DNA of 32,000 nucleotides from Wolbachia endosymbiont of Drosophila innubila (lineage in GTDB: Bacteria; Pseudomonadota; Alphaproteobacteria; Rickettsiales; Anaplasmataceae), in NCBI RefSeq assembly GCF_021378375.1, contig NZ_CP076228.1:600001-632000 (forward strand), read 5' to 3'. The translations under genes and the position numbers were made by a program. The notes under the pieces are model-generated. The model was not told the origin of the DNA and searched no databases. It worked only from the letters and a program-made list of their open reading frames with translations. Below are positions 7,791 through 18,127 of this stretch, piece by piece. Within the stretch, counting starts at the first letter, position 1, and every line of letters starts with the position of its first letter.

Positions 7791-10166
7791 TCACCTATGC
7801 ATACTAGAGCTTTCCTCATTTGACAGTGATTTACTATCATCATACCTGGCATCTTCCGCTCTCACTGCTTGCATACTACCATCAGGATTACCAGACGATC
7901 TAGACAATTTTACTTCTGGCTTCTCTATACATCCATCACTAACTCTTGGTCTTTTTTTTTGCCGTTCCTCATTTTCCCCTTCTACAGGATTAAGAGCCCT
8001 TTCTAGTTCATTGTAGATAACATTATCTTCTTCATCCTTTTTCAGTATATTTCGACACTGACTTAGGAATTTATCACGTTGTTTCTCAGGTAAATTAAGC
8101 CACTCTAAAAAACTTTCAACTACTTCCTGCTTTCCATCTCGCATACCACTAACGCAAAAATTTCTTCCCCACATCCCTCCAAATACTAATTTCAGTTTGA
8201 GTTTGTCGATTTTACCTTTTTTATCCTTATCATCAGGCAAGCACCAATTTAAAAATTCATCAGCTGAAGTACTATTTCCTTCACGAATAAATCTAGCACA
8301 AATGTTGCATCCCCTGCGATCGATAATTCGTTCCTTAAATTTAACTTTCTTATCATCAGGCAAACTAACCCATTCAAAAATGTCACCAAATTTCGCAACC
8401 AATTCACCATGAGCGCAACTATTCAAGATGATATCAGTTATTTCTTCTACATTATCAAGTAACATCAATTCTCGTGATTTGTTGATTTTTTCCTGATTTT
8501 GAGGAAAACACAAATTCACAAATTCATCAGCCAATTCCTCGCTACCTTGAACAATAAGACTAACACAAATACCGCACCCCTTAGAAGAGAATAACTCTTC
8601 CATTAATCTCTTTCTTTTTTCCTCATCAGGAAGGCATTTTTCAATAATAAGTTTTAAATCCAATCTATCCTTTCCATTCCAAGAAGTTACTAATGAGTAA
8701 ATATTATTCCTAATATAAAAAATTATAGCTTGCTTTTCTTCAAGGGTAAAAGAATCGAAAAGTCTTTTAATGTTATCTTCACTTAGTTGAAATAAAAACA
8801 GTAAAACATTTTTTTCTAATCCGTTAATACGCTGCAAACCCTTATCTTCTTTGAGATCTAAAAATCCTATAAAAAGTTGCTCATCCTCTTTTGCAGCAAT
8901 GTCCAACAACAGACGCTGATAATCGCGCTGTAACAGATCATCAGGCACTTCCTCCAAAAAACAATTGTGCTTATGATTTAAAAAGTAGCTTAAAAAATAA
9001 TAAGGAAATCCCTTTTTTATTCTGGAAGAATCAAACTCCCTGTTTTCTACTTCTTGAAGTAGTCGATCAAAAATATTAGTATAATTCATAGTCGGCTCAG
9101 TATTAAAACAATTTTTACCTGCAACAACTACTGCTAAATTTACTAAAACTCCTCCCAAATTTTCTGTTTGTTCTTCTGTTAATCCGCAAGTGGGTAAATT
9201 ATCTAAAAAGTATTTTATTGCTGACTCAGTTCCATATTCTACTGCTAACTCAAGCCCAGATATGTAATCTACTACTCCCATCACACTACCAATCGTAGAA
9301 GCCCAGAATTTTGCCAGATGTGGTACATCTCTCTTTTCACCATACTCTCCTTTTTCTTTTTCTCCTAAACTCCCCCATGACTTTTCTACACAATCTTTAA
9401 GACAATAAAGACACGCTAGCTCGTACATTTGCTTAGCACCTAAAAAGTCACCATCTATGAGAGATTTTGCTGTTTCTTTTTTATCAACCATTACATCTTC
9501 CGTCCAACGCAAAAAATCTTTCCCAGACAAAACACTACCTAAATTTGAAACATCGAAAAAATAAATATGCTGCTCGAACCACTCTAATACTTGCAGATAT
9601 GAGGGTCTAATTAATTCCATCAATTTAGTGCTTCCTGATGGATCCTGTTCTTGCTTTACAGCACTTGGCAACCCCTGCGTTACTTGAACAGCCTTCTCCT
9701 TAATCTTCATTGGATTTGATGGCTCTGGCTTCACTTTACTAGGCTCAACACCTTGTTCATCAGTCTTCATTGGACTTGATGGCTCTGGCTTCACTTTACT
9801 AGGCTCAACACCTTGTTCATCAGTCTTCATTGGACTTGATGGCTCTGGCTTCACTTTACTAGGCTCAACACCTTGTTCATCAGTCTTCATTGGACTTGAT
9901 GGCTCTGGCTTTATGCTATCAGATATATCTTTCATGATCTTTTTATAGATGAACTCAATTCGCGATTCTTCTAAAGATTTAACTTCTTCCTTCAATTCTT
10001 CAAGTAGTTTGACTGAAAGACCCTGCTTGTTTATTTTCACAATGAGCCAATCCATAAGCGTAATAACACAACCCTTCATAAATGGAGTTGATAATTCTTG
10101 TTTAGTAACTTCCGAACTAATTCTTACTTCCTCTGAGCAGCTCCCTGAAGACTGTGTTTTTGGCAT
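7791..10166 (-). CDS. cifA: CifA-like protein (791 aa), upstream partner in the operon
   Basis: Upstream of and co-directional with the CifB-like gene, 181-bp gap, G-rich SD before the ATG. Weak similarity to remembered CifA: AKQMYELACLYCLKDCVEKSW vs PLRKYEMACSYCVVDKIHPLF; ESRIEFIYKKIMKD vs GDKLKFLHNVFQDE; an FW...Y...ESAIKYFLDNLP block vs FW...EGVEYFYNHLK. Confidence 0.62.
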   Translation of the reverse strand: MPKTQSSGSCSEEVRISSEVTKQELSTPFMKGCVITLMDWLIVKINKQGLSVKLLEELKEEVKSLEESRIEFIYKKIMKDISDSIKPEPSSPMKTDEQGVEPSKVKPEPSSPMKTDEQGVEPSKVKPEPSSPMKTDEQGVEPSKVKPEPSNPMKIKEKAVQVTQGLPSAVKQEQDPSGSTKLMELIRPSYLQVLEWFEQHIYFFDVSNLGSVLSGKDFLRWTEDVMVDKKETAKSLIDGDFLGAKQMYELACLYCLKDCVEKSWGSLGEKEKGEYGEKRDVPHLAKFWASTIGSVMGVVDYISGLELAVEYGTESAIKYFLDNLPTCGLTEEQTENLGGVLVNLAVVVAGKNCFNTEPTMNYTNIFDRLLQEVENREFDSSRIKKGFPYYFLSYFLNHKHNCFLEEVPDDLLQRDYQRLLLDIAAKEDEQLFIGFLDLKEDKGLQRINGLEKNVLLFLFQLSEDNIKRLFDSFTLEEKQAIIFYIRNNIYSLVTSWNGKDRLDLKLIIEKCLPDEEKRKRLMEELFSSKGCGICVSLIVQGSEELADEFVNLCFPQNQEKINKSRELMLLDNVEEITDIILNSCAHGELVAKFGDIFEWVSLPDDKKVKFKERIIDRRGCNICARFIREGNSTSADEFLNWCLPDDKDKKGKIDKLKLKLVFGGMWGRNFCVSGMRDGKQEVVESFLEWLNLPEKQRDKFLSQCRNILKKDEEDNVIYNELERALNPVEGENEERQKKRPRVSDGCIEKPEVKLSRSSGNPDGSMQAVRAEDARYDDSKSLSNEESSSMHR
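9721..9912 (-). repeat. 60-bp (20-aa) tandem repeat inside the CifA-like gene
   Basis: The rows at 9721-9780, 9781-9840 and 9841-9900 are identical (ggctctggcttcactttactaggctcaacaccttgttcatcagtcttcattggacttgat). They encode (KPEPSSPMKTDEQGVEPSKV)x3 plus partial flanking copies. Confidence 0.95.
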
Positions 10167-10959
10167 ATAAACCCCCCTTTTATTTTAACACTCGCATTAA
10201 GCTTACGTTCATTATGATAGTAAAAAAAATCAGTAAAACAAGTATTTTTTATGAAAGAAACAATTGTTTTAATTGGTATATATTTCAATACTCTTTATTA
10301 TTAAATTAATAATACGATCATTTTTGCTTAATGAAAAACAACCACCGTGAGAACTAGTTTTCTTGGAATGCATTGGTCTACCGCTAGATCCGTGCGAACT
10401 TTTATTTATAATAATTTTACTATATCGCAAAGTCAGCTATTTTAGCCTACTTTTGCCACATTTAGGTACGAACTGATTTGCCTAACTTTGTTGTAACAAT
10501 TTTACGCTTTTATTTTTGAAACACCCCTTTTACGTAAAAAGCTCTCACAAATATACGTACTATTTTATGTTTTTAGAAAAAGTCAATAATTAGATTTTTT
10601 GTGATGCTAATTGGCTTACATTTTTATTGAAAATATTTTTTAAAAAAGTGGTTGACTTATAGTTTAGCTGTCTTATGCTAGTATTAGCATGTTTGTTATG
10701 TAATGTTTATATGTTACATGATAGTATTAATATGGAGGGTAAAATGGACTTTTCTCAATATGTCGAAGGTGACGCTTTAGCATTATCTCACACCACAATA
10801 AATACAAGCGAATTGGTAATCTTTTTACGGAGTAGGACATACATTACAAAGCTTTCTTTACGGTATTGCAATATTGATGACACAGATGCAGAGGTCTTAG
10901 CTGGTGGGAGTCTTTCACATCTTACTTTACTTAACTTAAATAGTAACAATATTGGTGAC

Positions 10960-11300
10960 AGAGGTGCAGAGAACTTAGCTAAAGATAATCTTTTAAATCT
11001 TACTTCACTTGACTTACAGTTTAACAAAATTAGTGACGGAGGTGCAGAGGCCTTAGCTGACGGTAATCTTTCAAATCTTACTTCACTTAACTTACAGTCT
11101 AACAATATTGGTGACGGAGGTGCAGAGGCCTTAGCTGATGGTAATCTTTCAAATCTTACTTCACTTAACTTACAGTCTAACAATATTGGTGACGGAGGTG
11201 CAGAGGCCTTAGCTAATGGGAATCTTTCAAATCTTACTTCACTTAACTTAAGTGGTAACAATATTGGTGACGAAGGTGCAGAGGCCTTAGCTAACAGTAA
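10960..11300 (+). repeat. 78-bp (26-aa) LRR-coding tandem repeats
   Basis: GGTGCAGAGGCCTTAGCT recurs at exact 78-bp spacing (11041, 11119, 11197 and 11275) with almost no divergence. Confidence 0.9.
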
Positions 11301-11849
11301 GCTTTTAGGTTGTACTAAAATTAACTTAGATGGTAACAATATTGGTGACAAAGGTGTAGAGGCCTTAGCTAACAGTAAGCTTTTAGGTTATACTAAAATT
11401 AACTTAGATGGTAATATTGGTGGCCAAGGTCCAAATGGCTTAGTAGAGTTCTTAGCTGGCGGTAAGGCTTTAACTCTTGCTTTACTTAACTCAGATGGTA
11501 ACAATATTAGTAACAATATGAAGGACTTAGTTAACGTACCAAGAAATAGACAGGGATGGACTTCTTTACATTATGCTGTTAAAAATGGCAATGTAGGTAA
11601 AATAAATGATCTAATAAAAGGAGGAAAAATGTTGATGCACAAGATGAACAGGGATGGACTCCTTTACATTTGGCTGCTACCGGAAGTTATACAAAGGTAG
11701 TAAATGCTCAAATGTACGGGGATGATATTCATGCTAGAGAAATCGGAAGTGAGGAACCTATATATATTAAAGCATGCAAAAATATTATAGAGTCTTTCCT
11801 AGACAAACTATTAAACATTAAAGTAGTAGGAGCTTTAATAAAAGGAAAA

Positions 11850-12400
11850 GCAGAGATTAATGCAAAAGATAATCAGGGAATGGCTCCTTTACATTGGGCT
11901 GTTAAAGTTGGTCATATAAATGTAGTAAATGGTCTAATAAAAGGAAAAGCAGAGATTAATGCAAAAGATAATCAGGGAAGGACTCCTTTACATTGGGCTG
12001 CTCTAATTGATCGTACAAGTGCAGTAAAAGCTCTAATAAAAGGAAAAAGCAGAGATTAATGCAAAAGATAATCAGGGAAGGACTCCTTTACATTTGAGTA
12101 TTCAAATTGGCAGGACAGATGTAGTAAATACTCTAATAGACAAAAAAGCAGAGATTAATGCAAAAGATAGACAGGGAAGGACTCCTTTACATTTGAGTGT
12201 TCAAATTGGCAGGACAGATGTAGTAAATACTCTAATAGACAAAAAAGCAGAGATTAATGCAAAAGATAATCAGGGAAGGACTCCTTTACATTTGAGTATT
12301 CAAATTGGCAGGACAGATGTAGTAAATACTCTAATAGACAAAAAAGCAGAGATTAATGCAAAAGATAGACAGGGAAGGACTCCTTTACATTGGGCTGCTA
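11850..12400 (+). repeat. 99-bp (33-aa) ankyrin-coding tandem repeats
   Basis: Near-identical units of ATTCAAATTGGCAGGACAGATGTAGTAAATACTCTAATAGACAAAAAAGCAGAGATTAATGCAAAAGATA...CAGGGAAGGACTCCTTTACATTTG. Confidence 0.9.
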
Positions 12401-13644
12401 GCAAAGGTGGTATAGAGGTAGTAAATGCTCTAATAGAAAAAGGGGCAGATGTTAATGCAGTGAATAAGTATGGAGATGCACCTCTGCGTTTTGCTGCTCG
12501 AGATGGCCATATAGATATAGTGAAAGCTCTAATACAAGGAGGTGCTAATGTTAACGCAAGAAATAGTGACGGTACTCCATTACATACAGCTTATGGCCAT
12601 GAAGAGATAGTAAAACTTCTAATAGAAAAAGGGGCAGATGTTAATGCAGTGAATAGTAATGGAGATACACCTCTGCGTTTTGCTGATCGAAATGGCCATA
12701 TAGATACAGTGAAAGCTCTAATAAATTACGTAACAAAACTAGAAGCTGCTGATCTGTATGTTAGTCAAAAGAACTTAGAAGAAAAGAATAGATTGATAGG
12801 TGATTTGCACGATCTACACAGTAGTTATCCACAACATCTTCAAAACTGTAAAAAAGAAGTCAAAAAGATTGAAAAAGAAAGTCAGGAACTACATTCCTTT
12901 TTGAAAAAAAAAAGTGATATTAATGAACTAATTAGTGTGTGGAAAGGAATGCAGACATACAGAATCAGATTGATAATCACGATAACCTAAAAGAGCAATA
13001 TCCAGAATACGCTCATATTTTAATTAATAAAGCTAATGAAGTGAAAAAAGAAATTTTTCTGCACAATCATAAGCCGCTAATTGATGCTTTATCAGCACAT
13101 TATAAATGTGATATAAAAACAATGACATTTGCTGGTATAGAAAACTTTTTTAAAGTTGTTCACAGGGATGATTTTAAAGAAAAGCTAGGAAATGGAGGAA
13201 TAACTCTGAAAAACTTTGTAGATTTAAAAAATGTTAAAAAGAGAGATGATGTTCCTAAGTTAGGAGTAATTGCATTTAAGCATGGGTGTCAATTAAGTGA
13301 ACCAAGGGTAACAAGAGTAATTGATCAGGCTCTTTCTCTCTAATAGGATCATTGAGCAAACTGTGGGTTCATGGTAGGAAAAAATTGACCTTACCCAAGA
13401 GAAGAAGAAAGAAAAATTTTCATAATAAAAGTGTTTTTTTAGAAGGAGCAGTAATGACACAAGGAAATTGGGACTCTGACAAAAATTTTGCAGGGTAGCT
13501 TGTTATATAGCTAAAAAGAACCAAATAGCAGATTCACAATGTCAGTGAAGTTTATGAAGTTAGAATGGGTATAGAAGGAAAGAAAACACAGATCTCTAAA
13601 AAATATCAAAGTTAGAAAAATTATTCTTGCATTAGTTTTTATTT

Positions 13645-15801
13645 GTGCTATGTGTTGTACATAACATCTTTGTAGAATGGGGGGGTATGTTAACTAGAGA
13701 TATTTCAAGTCCTGAGCAGGTTTTTAGTGGAGCAGAAATAAGCGAAAAAAAAGAGCTATTAAAAAAGCTAGAAGAGAAATCAAATACTCGACAAGGGCAG
13801 TCAGAAATAGGCGGATCGTTTGATGATCAATATGAGTTGATTATAGAATATCTGTTGCAGATTCCACCATCTAATGATCGGTTAGAAATTTTACGAAAGC
13901 AAGGACATTCACAGAGTAACATAGATGAAATGCTTAGTCAGGGGGATTCTTGGTATACTCAATCAACCATATCGTCATTTCGAAGTTATAATAGTCCACC
14001 GTCTTTAATGGATAGTAAACATTCACTGAGTAAACAGGTACCTGTTTGGTCCGCTTTAGATCATAATCTCACAGAAAGTCAAAAGAAGTTAAACATAGAG
14101 TTACTAAATGTTTTAAAGTATCTAGAATGGCATGATGAAGGTGCTCTTTTTGATTATGATAATGGTCAGATCGATGAGCTTGAAGAATTTTTAAAAAATA
14201 ATAGAGGCAATCCAGATCTAAAAGCCGTTCTAAATGTCAAAAGAGGAGAATCTGGGTCAACAGTATTGCATGCGATTGCGGGAGCTCATATAGGTGCATC
14301 TTACCGTCAAGAAGACCGACCTATAAATTTACTCTTAGAAGCAGGAGCCAGTCCAAATATACAGGATGATAAAGGAGAAACACCTTTGCATCGCGCTTCT
14401 GCTATGGGCTATGATAAAAATATATATTCTCTCTTAAGGGGAAATGCTGACCCCAATATATGTGATGGACAAGGGAAAACTCCACAACAAACTGCAGTTG
14501 ATAATCATAATTACCATGTTGAAAGGTGTTTTTACTGACAATCAAAAAGTTGCGAAAAAGAATTAAATAATATACTTAATGAACATCGCTACAAAGAAGG
14601 CAATTTAGGCTATATTGTTACACTCACTCTATTTCAGTTTCTCAAAGATCTAGAGGAGTTTTTACATGAACATAAGAATAATAAAGACCTAAAAGTAGTT
14701 TTAAATACTCGGGACATAGCAGGAAAGTCAGAAGTGCTGGAACATGTAAAAAATGCTTTTTCCGGCTTTCAAGCTGCTGATGAAATAAAGAAATTACTTT
14801 TGGAAGCGGGAGCAAAAGAGTTCACGTATGAAAGGAAAAAATGCTTACCTAAATCTGGGGTTTTGTGGGGTAATATAATACCAGCTCAGAAGGAAAAGCT
14901 AAGTAGATCCTTAGGTATTTTATCTGAAATTCAAGACATAAATCAATTGGAAAAATTCGTGAAGATAGCTATCAAGTCTGGAGTGCGACTTAATTATCGT
15001 TTCACCGTTCCTTCACCTTTTGAAGGTTATAGTTTCACAGATTATGTGATAAAAAGAATTAGTGAATTAGAAAAGTATCCTAAAGTTGCTAGTGGTATAA
15101 TATGTCAATTGGTATCAAAAGGAGCAGTGTTTGGTAGCCCAGAGAGCATTGATGTAATTGATGAACTGGGATTAGAATGCAAAGATCACAAAGCCAATAT
15201 GATAAAAGCTTTTGAAGGTTACATTAATGATGCCCATAGGTTTATTAAAGTTGCGAAAAGTGCAACCACTAGTAAATTGAATGATATAGCAATAGGTAAT
15301 ACTACTCTTTACTTAGAATATTCGGAGGAGAGCAAAATAGATATTGCAAAGATCACCGATGGAGCGAGAAGTTTATGGTTAACTCATGAAAATGCAGGAT
15401 ATGAAAGAAATATAGTAAAGATTGGTGAAAGTGAGGTGGAAATTATAACGCAAAATGGTAAAAGGCATTACACAGACCTTACAGCCAATAGTAATATAGC
15501 ATTGATTTTCTGTACCTCTTTTGGAGAATTAGAAGTTAGATTGTATTCTGATAAGCAAAATGAAAACAGGATTAGGGTAGAAGCAAGAGATCAAGGGATG
15601 TTGAAAAAATTAAAAGATTGTGGAGAAGAAATAGGAAAAAATTGCTCACTTGGTTATCACTCAGTTTATGATGCTATTGAACGTGGGTACTTCGAAAAGC
15701 CTGCTCCATCTTCAAGAATTGTCCAGGAAGAAAAATTACAAAATGGTAAATGGGCAGATCAAGTACGATATACAAGAAAAAATGGAGCACAAATTCGATA
15801 G
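13645..15801 (+). pseudogene. Ankyrin-domain gene with a large non-ankyrin C-terminus, interrupted at ~14538-14734
   Basis: ORF 13645-14538 contains GSTVLHAIAGAH...LLLEAGASPNIQDDKGETPLHRASAMGYDKNI. ORF 14734-15801 resumes with AADEIKKLLLEAGAKEF and an unassigned C-terminus. A start at 13687 (after GGGGGG) is equally possible. Confidence 0.65.
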
Positions 15802-15900
15802 TACTAAGCTTTGTAGACAAAAACGTTGGTATGGTTTTTACTGCTTCAAAAAGGTTTTACTTTATTTTTTATTTTAATAATAATATTTTTAGGAGGGTTT

Positions 15901-16574
15901 ATGCACACATCTAAACTTACTGCAGCAGAGAAAGATTTAAATAGCAAGCTATTTTATGCTGTAGAACAAAATAACCTTGATAAGGTTAAAGAGCTTATTA
16001 GAAATGGGGCTGATATTCATGCTAGAGAAATTAGTAGTAAAAAAGCTATACACATTGCTGTTAAGAAAGGGAACAAAAATATCGTAGAGTTTTTCTTAAA
16101 TGAAGGGATAAGCGTTAACGATACCAATAACAGCGGTTGGACACCTCACACTATGCTGCCTTTGGTGGTGAGTTGGAAATAGCAAAACTTTTTGGTTGCT
16201 GATGGGGCTAATGTTCGTGCTGAAAACGCTTATGGTCAAAAGCCTATAGATTTAATTCATTATGGTAAAGATGATGGATATAAAGGCATTATGGAACTTC
16301 TTCTAAATAAAAGAGGAGGAAAGGTTAATGATATTGATAAAGAGGGTTGGACACTCCTACACTATGCTGCCTTTAATGGTAATTTGGAAACTGTAAGGTT
16401 TTAATTGACAAAGGAGCTAGCATTCATACTAAAAACAATCGACGTGAAACGCCTTTAGATCTCGCTAGAGAAGGAGGAAGTACGGAAGTTGTAAATATGT
16501 TAAGCAGTATAAATACAAAAGTGACAGATGTATCGGTATCTCAACTCTCTATACCAAGAAAAAGGACTGTATGA
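15901..16574 (+). pseudogene. Small ankyrin repeat gene with several frameshifts
   Basis: MHTSKLTAAEKDLNSKLFYAVEQNNLDKVKELIRNGADIHAREISSKKAIHIAVKKGNKNIVEFFLNEG, then VADGANVRAENAYGQKPIDLIHYG in another frame, then a third frame giving RRETPLDLAREGGSTEVVNML. Confidence 0.75.
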
Positions 16575-16734
16575 ATTGATATAAGCAAAAAAGGGAGGAT
16601 GTTTCTATAGGTTATACACGTCAAGTTATTGTTAAAAATAGCAGTAGGACTAACGGAGGTAATTCTTAGTTAATAGTTTAAGAAATCTTCTAAAGAGGTT
16701 ATCTTGTTGTTTATGATTTTTTGAGCATAGCCTT

Positions 16735-17730
16735 TTATGCTAGATTCAAAGAAGACTGAATAGGCTGCTCCACACTTTCCACTTTTTCTAGCTTCGTGCT
16801 GGGCTTTAGCACATTATACAACGCAAAGCTCAGACACACCAATCCAGCTATTCCCACAACCGCTGCTATTACAGGCATTTTCATGATATACAATGCAACA
16901 CCGCTTGCCAATAACACTGCACCAACAACACCAGCTACAATTGGTTGAATTGCCTTTTTTGATGATTTTTCGTCTACAGAATTTCCTTTACTATCAAAAT
17001 ATAGTTCAGTTGGAGATGGGATATCAGGCTCTTCTTCTGTTAAAGCATTTTGAGCTTTCTCACTGGTTTCAAATATTAGCTCGCTATCTTTATTAATATC
17101 TCCACGCAATTGAGCTGTAGCTTTACTTTCCCATGTTAAATTATCTGTCAACTTCTCTCTTGATTCTGTATCAGTTTTGATTAATTTTCTTTTATGCTTT
17201 ATTTCTGTTAATGATTTTCCGTTCTCAGCACTTCTAGATTTGCTATGAGAGCACGATTGCGTTTGATCTCTTTTCACAACTTCAGTAAAAGTGGTTGTAG
17301 AAATACTGGAACTTTGTGTCTGATCTATATCATCTTTTGTTAAAATATTTTTAGCTTCTTCACTGCTTGCAAGCATAGGTTCATGTATTTCAAGATCTTC
17401 ACAGTCTTTATTGATATCTTCACAGCTAGTTTCAGCATTACCACTTACAGGTTTAACTTCTATATTAAGACTTTCTTTAAATTCCTTGAGAGTTGCTACA
17501 ATTTCTTTACAATTTTGTTTATTAGCATAATCAATTAGTGTATAGCTTATCTTCTGGCTATTTGCTTTTTCTTTTATCATTTTCTGGTCGAGGATTTCTT
17601 TCAAAATACCGTTTTCTTTAGAAACTTCTAAAACTGCCCTAACAGCTTTGCTATTTCTGAAATACAGTATGCTAGTACCGTGTAGGTTGTTTTTTTGAAC
17701 ACCCAGAATTTCTCCGGTTAAATTCGTCAT
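16735..17730 (-). CDS. Putative effector/membrane protein (331 aa) with a polar, Ser/Thr-rich middle and two C-terminal TM segments
   Basis: Intact ORF. The N-terminus has a degenerate ankyrin-like ISYTLIDYANKQNCKEIVATL. The C-terminus AIQPIVAGVVGAVLLASGVALYIMKMPVIAAVVGIAGLVCLSFALYNVL contains two hydrophobic helices. Confidence 0.6.
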   Translation of the reverse strand: MTNLTGEILGVQKNNLHGTSILYFRNSKAVRAVLEVSKENGILKEILDQKMIKEKANSQKISYTLIDYANKQNCKEIVATLKEFKESLNIEVKPVSGNAETSCEDINKDCEDLEIHEPMLASSEEAKNILTKDDIDQTQSSSISTTTFTEVVKRDQTQSCSHSKSRSAENGKSLTEIKHKRKLIKTDTESREKLTDNLTWESKATAQLRGDINKDSELIFETSEKAQNALTEEEPDIPSPTELYFDSKGNSVDEKSSKKAIQPIVAGVVGAVLLASGVALYIMKMPVIAAVVGIAGLVCLSFALYNVLKPSTKLEKVESVEQPIQSSLNLA

Positions 17731-18127
17731 TCAGAAGATCTTTTAAAATTTTTCGTTTTGCTGCTTCTTGTAAAACGTCTCAAAAGCTTGATTATTCTTA
17801 GAGATATAGCATAACACGGTAGCGTAAATACTCCCTTCCTCCCTTCTTCACTATAAAAGGTATTTTTGTTGTTAAAATTTTCTGTAATGTATCATCATTA
17901 AATTTTCAGCAATGCTATTCTCATTTTCGTCCTTCTCCAGAACATAAAGGACTTTTTTCCCTAGATTTTCTATTTCTTGCTTCAGGTATCAAACTTACCT
18001 TTCTCTTTTTCTGTTAATCCACATAATTTATCAGTACGCTCTTTTTCTTTACTGGCATAGTATTTCCCTTCGTATAATGTTTGTTTTATAAGTTAGTTGC
18101 GTTAATAACGTATTAATTGTGTGATTT

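Larger units (their letters stand above)
10744..13343 (+). pseudogene. Leucine-rich-repeat / ankyrin / coiled-coil fusion protein, split by about three frameshifts
   Basis: GGAGGGTAAAATG start at 10744. LRR (RNI-like) units of 26 aa (GNLSNLTSLNLQSNNIGDGGAEALAD) are followed by RQGWTSLHYAVKNGN ankyrins. Frames change near 11630, 12050 and 12930, but the protein sequence continues across the breaks. Confidence 0.8.

Noticed and set aside
7619-7852. Minus-strand 77-aa ORF between the two cif-like genes
   Set aside because: Overlaps the end of the CifA-like ORF, no recognisable domain; most likely chance. Kept as unlikely rather than as a third operon member.
8197-8412. Plus-strand 71-aa ORF (with 8891-9079 and 9949-10173)
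   Set aside because: All are antisense to the continuous CifA-like ORF and have low-complexity or unremarkable sequence.
9721-9900. Possible CRISPR array
   Set aside because: The 60-bp units are contiguous with no unique spacers and stay in frame with the CifA-like ORF; the 78-, 99- and 135-bp arrays also lack spacers.
10788-11351. Minus-strand 187-aa repetitive ORF
   Set aside because: Antisense shadow of the LRR tandem repeat; its periodicity is fully explained by the plus-strand LRR units.
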